Translations under genes and position numbers: made by a program
In this document: in pieces, positions 42,494-52,260 of the stretch
Layout: the number at the start of each line of letters is the position of its first letter
How positions within the stretch are numbered: position 1 is the first letter of the stretch
Assembly (NCBI GenBank): GCA_938084645.1
Contig: CALKEP010000008.1
Coordinates: 64,001 to 128,000, forward strand
Direction of reading: 5' to 3'
DNA: 64,000 nucleotides
Source: an uncultured Phycisphaerales bacterium
GTDB lineage: Bacteria; Planctomycetota; Phycisphaerae; Phycisphaerales; SM1A02
Notes under the pieces: model-generated
What the model was told of the DNA's origin: nothing
The model's database searches: none
Seen by the model: the letters and a program-made list of their open reading frames with translations, nothing else

Positions 42494-43384
42494 ATGGTGA
42501 CGGTCGGTCGAGTCTGGGCGGGATGCCTCGTTCTTTCGATGATCGCCGGCTGCGCTCCGGAGGTCCGCAAGGACGTCGAGCGGGGGCCCGGTCGTCCGGG
42601 CGACCAGTCGTCGTGGAACACCATTCGCGATCTTCAGAATCGTCGGGTGGACCAGCTTGAACGGTTCTCGTCGGCGGGCACCCTGACCATCACGCTCGCG
42701 AACGGCGACGAGGTCGATCGGGAGCAGGCGGATCATCGGATCTGGCGATCGGGTCCGTCGCGGGCCGCGATCCGGGTGTCGAAACTCGGGAGTTCGATCA
42801 TGACCGCGGCCTGGAACGGCCCGCGGTGGTGGATGTTCGACGAGCGTCGGGAGGACGTGGTCCTTCGCATCCACCCCGTGGAAGCCCCGAAGAATCGCGA
42901 GGGGGAGGCCGGTGTTCTTTCCCCGCCGACCCTGTTCGCGATGCTCGGACTCCTCCGTTTTCCGGATGTGATGCCGCGGGACCTCCTGCTCTTCGCGGAA
43001 GGCTGCACGTTCTCACTCGACTCGATCGACTGGGGGACCGGGGCCGTACCCATCCCGCTCACCGGCGGAATCGAGATCGAGATCGCATCGCCTCGCGACG
43101 GTCCGGCCGCGGTTCGGATGATCGACGAGGCCGGCGAGGAGATCGCGCGGTCGGTGCTGTCTCGGTTCGACTCCGTCGATCGAATCGGATCGCCGCCGGG
43201 CGACTGGCCGATCCTGCCACATCGAGTCGAGGTTCTCCGGGGGTCCGGAGACCGTCTCGTCATGTCCTTCGATGCCCCCGTCGCCAACGGACGGGTGAGT
43301 GAGCGTCTCTTCGACCTCGATGCCCAGATTCGCCGGTCCGAACCGGCGATCATCGAGGACGACACCCTTCGGAGCAGCGACTGA
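42494..43384 (+). CDS. Hypothetical lipoprotein, possibly LolA/LolB-like beta-sheet fold
   Basis: Lipobox IAG-C and alternating beta-strand pattern. The fold is an inference. Confidence 0.65.
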   Translation: MVTVGRVWAGCLVLSMIAGCAPEVRKDVERGPGRPGDQSSWNTIRDLQNRRVDQLERFSSAGTLTITLANGDEVDREQADHRIWRSGPSRAAIRVSKLGSSIMTAAWNGPRWWMFDERREDVVLRIHPVEAPKNREGEAGVLSPPTLFAMLGLLRFPDVMPRDLLLFAEGCTFSLDSIDWGTGAVPIPLTGGIEIEIASPRDGPAAVRMIDEAGEEIARSVLSRFDSVDRIGSPPGDWPILPHRVEVLRGSGDRLVMSFDAPVANGRVSERLFDLDAQIRRSEPAIIEDDTLRSSD

Positions 43385-45114
43385 TGCCTCGGATGTCCGC
43401 CAGGATGATCGGCATGATCGCCATCGTGGTGGCCTGGATCCTTCTTCCGGCCGCGAGCTTCGCCGTGGCGATCGCCGAGGAAGCGCCGCGACCGGTGCTC
43501 GCCGCCTCGGGCGGTCGACATGTCTTCGTGTCGACGGACGGCGGGAGCGTGTCGACGGGTTTCGAGATCATGCACTTCGACGGCGAGTCCGGGCCCGCCG
43601 CAGGACGAGTCGTCGCCCGGGTGCCACGGCGGCCGGAGGCGATCGCGGCGTTCGGTGAGCGATGCTGGGTGGTGCTTCCGCCCTTCGACGCGGACAAGCC
43701 GCAGCGGGAGGTGGTGTCCTTCAAGGTCGCCCGCAATCCAGCGACGAATCTCTGGTACGCGGAGCCGGTCGGGAGATTCGAGGTGCTTCCGGTGTTGCCC
43801 CGCGAGCCGCGCCTGGTCGGCATGGTGGGTGATGTCGACGGCCCGGTCGCGGTCTTCCTGCCTTCGCAACGGGCGGCTCGCGGCATCGATCGCAAGCCCG
43901 GTGAACCGGCGGCGCCCGTGGATGGCGTCGCGACCGAATCCGCGGAAGAGACAACAACCGAGTCGACGGTTCGAGCCGACGGCGTCGCGGAATCCGAAGC
44001 CCTCGATGGTGGGGCCACCTTCGTGATCGGGGACACGAATCGATGGAAATGGTCGGTCCAGCCGCCGCCGACGGATTTCCTTCGGGCTGGCGACGCGGTG
44101 CTCGGGGTCGGCGGCACGCCCGATGGGGTCCGGCCGGTGATGATCTGGACCGATGCCGCTGGAGGGGATGGAGCCGGTCGGGTGACTCGGCTTTCGACAT
44201 GGGAAGAGGGGACGTGGCGATCCACCTCGCTCACGCTCGAGCGCGAGGCCCGTCCGCTCGCCGTGGTGCCGTCGGAGGGGTCGATCCTGCTGGCCAGTCG
44301 CACGGAGTCTGGAAGCGTGCTGCTCGACTACGTCCGCCCCGGCGAAGATGGTCGTGATTCGCTGTTGCGACTTGGCTCCGTCGAGTCGGCGGTCGCGGGC
44401 CCGCGGGCCACGGTGGTCGGGGTCGCCATGGGGCCCTGGCTCATCGACGCCGACGAGGAGGGGCTTCGAATCGCCGTCATCGATCCGCTCGGAGGTTCGG
44501 TCGGGGAGTCGGTTCGGCCGATCGACGAGACGGGCGAGTTCTCGCTGATCCATTTCCCGCTGACCGGAATCGCGATGATCTCGGCCTTGATGGCGGCCCT
44601 GCTCCTCCGGCCCTGGATCGAGCGTGCAGCCCCCCGTGAGCCGGTGCCGGGTCTTCGTTCGATGCCGCTGGCTCGCCGGATCGCGGCGTTGTGCATCGAC
44701 CTGGTGCCCGGGGCGATGGTCACGATCGTGGCCTTCGACATCGATCCGGTCGAGTTTCTCGAGAGTTTTCGCTCGGGCGAGCCCGAAACGGCCGCGCCGG
44801 CCGTGTTCGCCATCGTCGTCACCGCGGTGACCGCGGGCCTCGGAGAGGTCCTCTTCGATCGTTCGCTTGGAAAGGCGATGGTCGGGGGGCGGGTGTCTTC
44901 CATCAACGGGACCCGGGGCACCGCCGTGCAGCGGGGCTTGCGGGCGCTCTTGAAGTTGATCGTGCTGCTCCTGCCACCCCTCGCCTTGCTGGTGGTGATC
45001 GATCCGCTCGGCCGCGGGATGCCCGAGCTCCTGAGTCGGACGTGCGTGACGACCCGTGATCGGGTCGACCCGGACGCCTCCGAGCCCGATTCGGGCCGCT
45101 CGAAGGCCGATTGA
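43384..45114 (+). CDS. RDD-family membrane protein with large extracytoplasmic N-terminal domain
   Basis: Signal peptide; C-terminal RRIAALCIDL...SLGKAMVGGRV...LRALLK...ELLSRTCV RDD pattern; TGATG coupling to the upstream gene. Confidence 0.8.
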   Translation: MPRMSARMIGMIAIVVAWILLPAASFAVAIAEEAPRPVLAASGGRHVFVSTDGGSVSTGFEIMHFDGESGPAAGRVVARVPRRPEAIAAFGERCWVVLPPFDADKPQREVVSFKVARNPATNLWYAEPVGRFEVLPVLPREPRLVGMVGDVDGPVAVFLPSQRAARGIDRKPGEPAAPVDGVATESAEETTTESTVRADGVAESEALDGGATFVIGDTNRWKWSVQPPPTDFLRAGDAVLGVGGTPDGVRPVMIWTDAAGGDGAGRVTRLSTWEEGTWRSTSLTLEREARPLAVVPSEGSILLASRTESGSVLLDYVRPGEDGRDSLLRLGSVESAVAGPRATVVGVAMGPWLIDADEEGLRIAVIDPLGGSVGESVRPIDETGEFSLIHFPLTGIAMISALMAALLLRPWIERAAPREPVPGLRSMPLARRIAALCIDLVPGAMVTIVAFDIDPVEFLESFRSGEPETAAPAVFAIVVTAVTAGLGEVLFDRSLGKAMVGGRVSSINGTRGTAVQRGLRALLKLIVLLLPPLALLVVIDPLGRGMPELLSRTCVTTRDRVDPDASEPDSGRSKAD

Positions 45115-45279
45115 GGCTCGATCCGTCAGAAGCGCACGCAATGCGCGAATAATCGTCAGCTTTGGAGGATTCTCGACCCTGCAGCCGATGAGAGCTGCAG
45201 TCGGCGAATGGAGTCGCCGTGGATCGTCGCGCCTCGGTGCCCTGCATGCAGGGCTTCGGGTGCGGAATGAGAGGATCTC

Positions 45280-47892
45280 GTGACGGACGATCGTTCAGCG
45301 TCAAAGGCCCCCGAGGCCGAGGATTCATCCGCCGGTTCCACGTCGAGCGACGTGGCGGTGGCCCCGGACGTCGTTCGGGGTCGATCCTGGCAGTTCCCGC
45401 TCATCGCGATGTCCCTCGTCGCGATTCTGGCGGCGTTCTGGCACCGTTCCAACATTCAGGCGGCCGACGTCGATCCCGCGGCCCAGCTTCAGCTTGCCGA
45501 GACGCTGCTTGCCGAGGGCGACTACGAGACCGCCACGACGATCGTGGCGGCGGTCGATCCGACCCAGGATTCGATGGCGCCGCATCGACCATGGCATCAG
45601 GTGTTGGTCGCGGACTGCCTGGCGGCCAGGCATGCACCGATCGAGGCGGCGACGCCCGAGATCGCGTCGAGGATCGCGGACGCCTATCTCGAGGCATCCC
45701 GGATCGGCGCCAGGCTCTCGGAGCGGCAACGGCATCACCTCGCGATCTCCGAATCGAACGCGAATCGCCTCGACGAGGCGTCGGCGCGGTTCGGGACGCT
45801 GCTCGATGCACGGGACGTCGGAATCGCGACCGATGCCCGTACCCGGCGGCACGCATTGATGCAGCAGTCGCTGCTTCGGGACCTCGACGCCGGCGTCGAG
45901 CCGGCGGCACTGGCGGCTTCGGTCAATGCCCTGCTGGCGGAGGATCCCGGGCTCGGGATCGAGTCCTGGGCGGTCGGATTCCGAGCGAGACTCCGGATCC
46001 GCGAGGGTGATCTCGCAGGATTGGTGCCGGCGATGATCGTCGACATGCAGCGTCTGGAAGGCGCGTCCGAGCAGTCGCCCGGCGTCGTGGTCGACTGGGC
46101 GGAGCTCCATGTGCTTCTGGGGCATGCATATCTCGCGGCAAGCCGCCCGATCCCGGCGGCGGAACGCTACGAATTCGTCGTCGATCACCTCGGCTCGACG
46201 GCGCCGGTCGCCGCGGAGGCCTTGATCTCACTGGGGCGACTGCATCTGGCGCGTGGCGAGTTCGATGCGGCGAAGCGGCGATTCGCCGGCGTCTTCGCCG
46301 TCCCCCAGGTGACCGCTCGTCAGCGACTCGCGGCCCGGGTCGGACTTGGAGAGCTCGCCGCGATCACCGGTGAGCCGGAAGTCGCGATCCGGGAGTTCTC
46401 GGATGCCGCCGTCGTGGTGCGGGGCAACCCCGCGTTCCCCACGTCCGTGCTCGAAGAATCCGCGGCCGCCGCCATTCGGGCGTCGGATCGGGTGATGCAA
46501 CACGCCACGGGGATCACCAGCCGCGCGGCCGAGATGGAGATCGTGTCGATCGCGCGTGATCTGGCGGTGTTCGCGGTCCGGTTCGGAAGCGACCCCTCGG
46601 TCCGCATGCAGGCCCTTTCCCGGGTCGCGGACACGCACCGTCGCGCGGTGGAACTCGCGGTGGGGCCCGGGTTCGACGGTGTCGACCTTCGTGAGGTCCC
46701 CTACGAGGCGATTCCGGTCGCGGCGCGGATCGAGGCGAACGGGTATCTGGTCGCCGCCGCGGAGGCGGTGCTCGAGATCGACACGCTCACGCCGTCCGAA
46801 ACGTACCGGAGCGATCTGCTCTGGCAGGCCGCGGAGCTGTACGACACGGCCGGCCGCCCCCGCAAGGCGCTCGCGCTCTACGAGCGATTCGTGGATGGCG
46901 AGGCCGATCATCAGAATCGCCCCGAAGCGATGTACCGGATCGCATTGGGCCTTCACGGCATGATGCGATTCGAGGAGGCGGGCGTCTGGTACCGGCGGCT
47001 CCTCGAGGAAGGCGAAGCGAAGCCGGCGGAGCGATCGGGGTACTGGACCCGTGCCAAGGTCGGCCTCGCCCGAGCGCTGCTCGCGATGCCCGGAAGTGGT
47101 GGCGTGCTGGAGGCGGAGCGTCTCCTTCGAGACTTTCTCGAAGGTCGCGAGGTCGATCCGCGTTCGATCGACTACCGCGACGCGACGTTCCATCTCGGCC
47201 GGCTCCTGGTCGGTCAGGAGCGATGGCTCGAGGCGGTCGAAGGACTGGAGCCGTGGCTCGGCCGCTATCCCGATGACGAGCGTTGGGGCGAGGCATCGGC
47301 GCTGGCCGGGGTCGCGTGGCTCAATCGGGCGGAACAGCTCGCAAGCCAGCTCGACGACGACTCGACTCGTGATCTCGAGCACTCGCCGATCTCACCCGGA
47401 TATCGCGCCGAGCTGGAGATCTCGCGTCGCACGGCGCTGATGCGGGCGCTCGAGCGGTTCGAGGACGTGGTGGACCGCCTCGACGGGGTCGATCCGCCGT
47501 TGCTGTCTCCGTTGCAGCGGCACCTGCTCCGGGTGGCGGGCCTGCAGCGCGGAACGGTCCGCGAACGGCTCGGGGAGATGAACGAGGCGATCGCGGTCTA
47601 TCGCGAAGTGGAACAGCGTTTCGCAGAGGAACCCGTGGCGGTGGAGGCGCTGGTCTCGCTGGCGAACCTCGCTTCGCGCATCGGTGACGGCGAGATGGCG
47701 AAGAAGGCGACCCGGCGGGCGAGAATCAAACTGCAGCGAATCGAACAGCGCCGCCGCATGGACGGCGTTTCCAACGGCGGCGAGGGCGATCTCATGGAAC
47801 GCCACGGGCCGGATCTCTTCGTCGGCGGCGGGAGCAGTTCGCTCGACCGATGGCTCCGTCTCTTCCCGCCGGGCGGGGGGGGTGCCGGATGA
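45280..47892 (+). CDS. Membrane-anchored tetratricopeptide-repeat protein
   Basis: One TM near residues 37-55, then many TPR-like helical pairs (AEALISLGRLHL, LLWQAAELYD, EAMYRIALGL, DATFHLGRLL). Confidence 0.85.
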   Translation: MTDDRSASKAPEAEDSSAGSTSSDVAVAPDVVRGRSWQFPLIAMSLVAILAAFWHRSNIQAADVDPAAQLQLAETLLAEGDYETATTIVAAVDPTQDSMAPHRPWHQVLVADCLAARHAPIEAATPEIASRIADAYLEASRIGARLSERQRHHLAISESNANRLDEASARFGTLLDARDVGIATDARTRRHALMQQSLLRDLDAGVEPAALAASVNALLAEDPGLGIESWAVGFRARLRIREGDLAGLVPAMIVDMQRLEGASEQSPGVVVDWAELHVLLGHAYLAASRPIPAAERYEFVVDHLGSTAPVAAEALISLGRLHLARGEFDAAKRRFAGVFAVPQVTARQRLAARVGLGELAAITGEPEVAIREFSDAAVVVRGNPAFPTSVLEESAAAAIRASDRVMQHATGITSRAAEMEIVSIARDLAVFAVRFGSDPSVRMQALSRVADTHRRAVELAVGPGFDGVDLREVPYEAIPVAARIEANGYLVAAAEAVLEIDTLTPSETYRSDLLWQAAELYDTAGRPRKALALYERFVDGEADHQNRPEAMYRIALGLHGMMRFEEAGVWYRRLLEEGEAKPAERSGYWTRAKVGLARALLAMPGSGGVLEAERLLRDFLEGREVDPRSIDYRDATFHLGRLLVGQERWLEAVEGLEPWLGRYPDDERWGEASALAGVAWLNRAEQLASQLDDDSTRDLEHSPISPGYRAELEISRRTALMRALERFEDVVDRLDGVDPPLLSPLQRHLLRVAGLQRGTVRERLGEMNEAIAVYREVEQRFAEEPVAVEALVSLANLASRIGDGEMAKKATRRARIKLQRIEQRRRMDGVSNGGEGDLMERHGPDLFVGGGSSSLDRWLRLFPPGGGGAG

Positions 47893-48344
47893 ACGACATG
47901 GCCTCCGACCACCGATCGGTGCCGACGCGCCTCCGCGCGGCCATCGAATCCCGGGTCGAACGACTGAAGGCGGTGCTGGTGCTGGCCGACCGGCAGTCCG
48001 AGGCGATCCGTCGCAGGCATTTCGGCGGACTGGACCGAATCCTCACCGAACGCGCCGCGATCGTGGATTCGCTCGTGGCCGACACGGCCGCGTTCGAGGC
48101 GTTGGCCCGAGAGGCCGCTGGAACGATGGACGACGATCTCCTCGGTCGTCTCGGCGTGGCGGAGCGGCTCGCCGCCGACATCGAGGCTCGGGACGCGGAA
48201 TCGCTCGAACTCGCCCGTTCCGAAGGCGAGCGATCGAGGATCGAGCTCGAGAAGATCACCCTCGCAGGCCGGGTCGGCCGGGCCTATCGATCCGGCGATC
48301 AAGCATCCACCGAACATCGACGAGACCTGGCGGATCAAGCCTGA
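47889..48344 (+). CDS. FlgN/FliT-like flagellar chaperone (putative)
   Basis: All-helical, about 150 aa, with RQSEAI...LDRILTERAAIV and C-terminal AY; overlaps both neighbours in the flagellar region. Confidence 0.55.
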   Translation: MNDMASDHRSVPTRLRAAIESRVERLKAVLVLADRQSEAIRRRHFGGLDRILTERAAIVDSLVADTAAFEALAREAAGTMDDDLLGRLGVAERLAADIEARDAESLELARSEGERSRIELEKITLAGRVGRAYRSGDQASTEHRRDLADQA

Positions 48345-49333
48345 TGAGCATCATCGAGACCAACACCGATCCTGCCAAGGCACGCGGCTCCGCGTCGATC
48401 GATGCGAACGACTTCGCGGATCTGATGCAGAGCTTCAACGACGTCACGAGTCGGCTCGAGTCGACCCACGCCTCCCTTCGTGACGAGGTCGCGTCGCTCA
48501 AGGGCGAACTCGAGGAGACGCACCGGCGGCTTCGTCGTTCGCGACAGCTCGCGGCACTGGGCGAGATGGCGGCGGGCATCGCCCATGAGATCCGCAATCC
48601 GCTCGGTGCGATCGCCCTCAATCTCGAGGCATTGACCGAGGATCTCGCGGACCGACCCGGAGAACTCGAACTCTGTGGCCGCGTCTCCCGTGCGGTGTCG
48701 CGGCTCGATCTCATCGTGGGTGACGTCCTGTCCTTCGCCAGGGACACGCGGGTCCGGCCGGACGCGGTCCGGCCTTCGGAGATCGTGCTCGCCGCGGTCG
48801 CCCACGCCGAGGACCTGGTCGATGCCCACGGAATCGACGTCGACCTCTCGATCGACGAGGAGATCAAGCTGGTCGCGGATGCGTCGTTGCTCGAGCAGTC
48901 GCTCCTGAACCTCGTCCGCAACGCGTGCGAGGCGATGTCGAGCGTCGATGGGCCGCGTCGGTTGGAGATCGTGCTCGACCGACGTGAATTGCGGGATCCC
49001 GACCGCGGGGTGGTTCGTCATGCGGTCTTCGAGATCCGTGACACCGGTCCCGGCATCCCCGGCGAGGTGCGGGAGCGGATGTTCAATCCGTTCTTCACGA
49101 CCCGGGCGGAGGGTACGGGGCTCGGGTTGGCGATCGTGCACCGGATCGTGGACGCCCATGGCGGGCGTCTCGACGTGCTCGATGGCGAACCGGGAACGAT
49201 CATGAGGCTTTCGCTGCCCATCGCGGGCGTCGCGCCAGGCGACGATGCGACGGCGGAGGATGAGGATGGGCGGTCCCTGGAAGGCGCCGTACGACGGCGG
49301 GTCAGGGACAACTCGGGCCGAGGCGCGGCCTGA
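48344..49333 (+). CDS. Cytoplasmic NtrB-type histidine kinase without a recognisable sensor domain
   Basis: Coiled-coil N-terminus; LGEMAAGIAHEIRNPL, NLVRNACEA, DTGPGI and FNPFFTTRAEGTGLGL motifs; no TM. Confidence 0.92.
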   Translation: MSIIETNTDPAKARGSASIDANDFADLMQSFNDVTSRLESTHASLRDEVASLKGELEETHRRLRRSRQLAALGEMAAGIAHEIRNPLGAIALNLEALTEDLADRPGELELCGRVSRAVSRLDLIVGDVLSFARDTRVRPDAVRPSEIVLAAVAHAEDLVDAHGIDVDLSIDEEIKLVADASLLEQSLLNLVRNACEAMSSVDGPRRLEIVLDRRELRDPDRGVVRHAVFEIRDTGPGIPGEVRERMFNPFFTTRAEGTGLGLAIVHRIVDAHGGRLDVLDGEPGTIMRLSLPIAGVAPGDDATAEDEDGRSLEGAVRRRVRDNSGRGAA

Positions 49334-49378
49334 GATCACAGGAATGAGTCGGGTCTTGACACCCGGTGGAGGCCATGG

Positions 49379-50839
49379 ATGGCGAAGATTCTCGTAGTCG
49401 ACGACAAGGAAATGATGCGCGACAGCGTCGCGACGATCCTCGGCAGGAAGGGGCATGCGGTGATCGGTGCCCACGACGGCGAGACCGCGCTGGCCAAGCT
49501 CGCCGAGAAGAAGCCGGCGGTGGTCGTGACCGACCTCCAGATGCCCGGGATGAGCGGGATCGAACTTCTCGCGGCGATCCGTCGAATCGACGAGGACCTG
49601 CCCGTGGTGCTGATGACGGCGTATGCCACCATCGAGACCGCGGTGGAGGCGATGCGGGAGGGGGCGTTCGACTACGTCACCAAGCCGTTCAGCGGTGACG
49701 AGCTCATGATCGCGGTCGACCGTGCGATCGAGCACGGCCGGCTTCGGACGGAGAACCAGGTCCTCCGAGCCGCGGTGGCCCCGGAGCCGCCCGCCGCCGG
49801 GTCGGACGACATGATCGGCGACGGCGCCGCGATGACCGAGGTCCGGGAGCGGCTCGGCCGGATCGCCGACAGCCACGGCACCGTGCTGATCAACGGCGAG
49901 AGCGGGACCGGCAAGGAGGTCGCGGCTCGTGCGATCCATGCGGCCAGCCCGAGGCGAGAGGCGCCCTTCCTCGCCATCAACTGCGCGGCGCTCTCCGCGA
50001 GTCTGCTCGAAAGCGAGCTCTTCGGCCACGAGAAGGGGGCGTTCACCGGCGCGGATCGACTTCGCAAGGGGCGGTTCGAACTCGCCGATGGCGGCACCCT
50101 GCTGCTCGACGAGATCAGCGAGATTCCGCCGGAGTTGCAGGCGAAGCTCCTTCGGGTCCTGCAGGAACGAAGCTTCGAACGGGTCGGGTCCAGCACCACG
50201 CAGACCGTGGACGTGCGGGTGATCGCGACGACCAACCGTGACCTGGAGGCCGAAGTCGACGCGGGACGGTTCCGCGGCGACCTGTTCTTCCGGCTCAACG
50301 TGCTTCCGATCGAGATGCCCGCGCTTCGGGATCGAGTCGAGGACATCGAGTCGCTCTCGTCCCACTTCCTCCGTGCGGTGGCGGCCCGGGAGGGGCGTTC
50401 CGCGAGGTCGCTGGATCCGGACGCCGTCTCGGTGCTCGAGCGATACGGCTGGCCGGGCAATGTTCGAGAGCTCCAGAACATCTGCGAGCGGGCGTCGGTC
50501 CTCGCCGCCACCGACGAGATCCCCGGCTCGCTGATCGCCCCGTGGCTCGCCGCGGGTGCGGATCCGTCGACGGCGATCGGCGGGGTGCAGTCGGGTCTCT
50601 CGGCCTCGACCACCGAGGTGAAGCAGGGCGACCAGGCGATGGGAACCGCCCAGACGTGGCTGGCCTGCGATGGCGAGCTCACGCTTGCGGACATCGAGCG
50701 GGAGACCATCGTCGCGACCCTGCGCCGGAACGGCGGACATCGACAGCGTTCGGCGAAGGCGCTCGGCATCGGAGTTCGCACGCTCGGATTGAAGTTGAAG
50801 AAGTGGAAGGAAGACCGGATCGTGGAGGCCGACCTTTGA
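49379..50839 (+). CDS. Sigma54-dependent response regulator (NtrC/FlgR/FlrC-like)
   Basis: Receiver domain; GESGTGKE, ESELFGHEKGAFTGA, LLDEI and WPGNVREL motifs; Fis-type HTH. Confidence 0.95.
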   Translation: MAKILVVDDKEMMRDSVATILGRKGHAVIGAHDGETALAKLAEKKPAVVVTDLQMPGMSGIELLAAIRRIDEDLPVVLMTAYATIETAVEAMREGAFDYVTKPFSGDELMIAVDRAIEHGRLRTENQVLRAAVAPEPPAAGSDDMIGDGAAMTEVRERLGRIADSHGTVLINGESGTGKEVAARAIHAASPRREAPFLAINCAALSASLLESELFGHEKGAFTGADRLRKGRFELADGGTLLLDEISEIPPELQAKLLRVLQERSFERVGSSTTQTVDVRVIATTNRDLEAEVDAGRFRGDLFFRLNVLPIEMPALRDRVEDIESLSSHFLRAVAAREGRSARSLDPDAVSVLERYGWPGNVRELQNICERASVLAATDEIPGSLIAPWLAAGADPSTAIGGVQSGLSASTTEVKQGDQAMGTAQTWLACDGELTLADIERETIVATLRRNGGHRQRSAKALGIGVRTLGLKLKKWKEDRIVEADL

Positions 50840-50846
50840 CCCGGTA

Positions 50847-50861
50847 TGGCGCAAATCCAGC
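50847..50861 (+). promoter_or_regulatory. Possible sigma54 -24/-12 promoter for flgB
   Basis: TGGCGCAAATCCAGC has exact GG-N10-GC spacing, about 64 nt before flgB. The -12 element deviates from TTGC. Confidence 0.4.
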
Positions 50862-50924
50862 CCGACACCACGCGCAGGATCCGCCTCGACCGGCGAACCT
50901 TGCGCCTTGCCTCGGGGGTGACCG

Positions 50925-51362
50925 ATGAGCGACGGCATCGAAGGCTCGGGCGCGATCCCGTATCTCCAGCGACTCATGCAGTTCTCCTGGAAGCGGAACG
51001 AGCTGCTTCAGGACAACATCGCGAACATCGACACCCCCGGCTACCGCACCCGCGACGTCCCCGTTTCCGAGTTCCAGGACGCGATGCGGGAGGCGAGAGA
51101 CCGCCAGCGGTCGGGGATCGACGCGGTGGCCCGAGGTGCGGGCGTGTTCGAGGACCGGGCCGCGATTCGCTTCTCGGACCGCTCGATCGAGCTTCGTCCG
51201 GTGGAGCGTGGGGACAATCTGCTCCAGCACGACGGGAACGACCGCAATCTGGAACAGCTCATGCAGGGGCTGACGGAGAACGCGATGACGTTTCGGTTCG
51301 CCAGCGAGCTCTTTCGGAAGTCCCATGACATTCTTCGGGCGGCGATTCGTGAACGACCCTGA
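50925..51362 (+). CDS. flgB: Flagellar basal-body rod protein FlgB
   Basis: NIANIDTPGYR and DGNDRNLE motifs. Confidence 0.9.
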   Translation: MSDGIEGSGAIPYLQRLMQFSWKRNELLQDNIANIDTPGYRTRDVPVSEFQDAMREARDRQRSGIDAVARGAGVFEDRAAIRFSDRSIELRPVERGDNLLQHDGNDRNLEQLMQGLTENAMTFRFASELFRKSHDILRAAIRERP

Positions 51363-51401
51363 CCCCGCGAGTATTGACTCCACAACGGCGGAGCATTCGG
51401 C

Positions 51402-51785
51402 ATGAGCATCTATGGCGCATTCGACATCGCGGGTTCCGGTCTCCAGGCCCAACGGGTCCGGATGGACGCGGTCACGGCCAATCTCGCGAACCAGCGGACC
51501 CCGGAATTCGAGGTGATGCAGGTTCGATTCGAGGCCGGAGATCCCGATTCCGGGAATCCACTCGGCGTCCACGTCGCGGGGGTCGACCGGCTCCCCATGT
51601 TCAATCCGGTCAAGGACCCCGACAATCCCGCCGCTCGCGAAGACGGCTTCGTCTACTACCCCGCGGTCGACTACGCGACCGCGATGGTGGACGGGATCGA
51701 GGCGCTTCGGGCGTATGAAGCCAACATTCAGGCCGTGGAGGCCACCCGGTCGATGATCGATGCAGGTCTTCGCGTTCTCGCGTGA
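51402..51785 (+). CDS. flgC: Flagellar basal-body rod protein FlgC
   Basis: IAGSGLQAQRVRMD...NLAN, DPDNPAA..DGFVYYP and RAYEAN motifs. Confidence 0.9.
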   Translation: MSIYGAFDIAGSGLQAQRVRMDAVTANLANQRTPEFEVMQVRFEAGDPDSGNPLGVHVAGVDRLPMFNPVKDPDNPAAREDGFVYYPAVDYATAMVDGIEALRAYEANIQAVEATRSMIDAGLRVLA

Positions 51786-51815
51786 TGACCGATTCCCCTT
51801 TTCAGGACCTTCGTC

Positions 51816-52139
51816 ATGAGTGATCCGCTCGGACTCGTCTCGAACAACTCGAACCAGGGTGTCGCCGGTATCGGCGCCAAGGGGCCTGGTGTGCCCGCCA
51901 ACGGCCGCAACGCCACCGGCGGGGCCGATTTCAAGACCGATCTGATGAACCAGATCGCCGAAGTCGACCGGCTCCAGCAGAACGCGGAGCAGGTCAAGAT
52001 CGATGCGGTGACGGGCGAGGCGTCCCTCGACCAGGTCATCGTCGCGACGGAGACGGCGGATACCGCCTTTCGGATGCTCCTCGCCGTCAGGAACAAGCTC
52101 GTCGATGCGTACGACGAGGTGAAGAACGTGCGGGTGTGA
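51816..52139 (+). CDS. fliE: Flagellar hook-basal body protein FliE
   Basis: C-terminal VRNKLVDAYDEVKNVRV motif. Confidence 0.92.
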   Translation: MSDPLGLVSNNSNQGVAGIGAKGPGVPANGRNATGGADFKTDLMNQIAEVDRLQQNAEQVKIDAVTGEASLDQVIVATETADTAFRMLLAVRNKLVDAYDEVKNVRV

Positions 52140-52143
52140 CTCA

Positions 52144-52183
52144 CCCTTCGTCGGCCGGATTCCACTCCCGGCCGCCGAAAGGG
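52144..52183 (+). other. Intra-operon stem-loop between fliE and fliF
   Basis: CGGCCGG/CCGGCCG core extended by CCCTTCG/CGAAAGGG; no U tract. Confidence 0.4.
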
Positions 52184-52260
52184 AAACCGGTCCGGGTCGC
52201 TTGTCAGGATGACGAACGCGGCTTGGAGGCCGGGACAACCCGTGAAACACGACGGATGGC

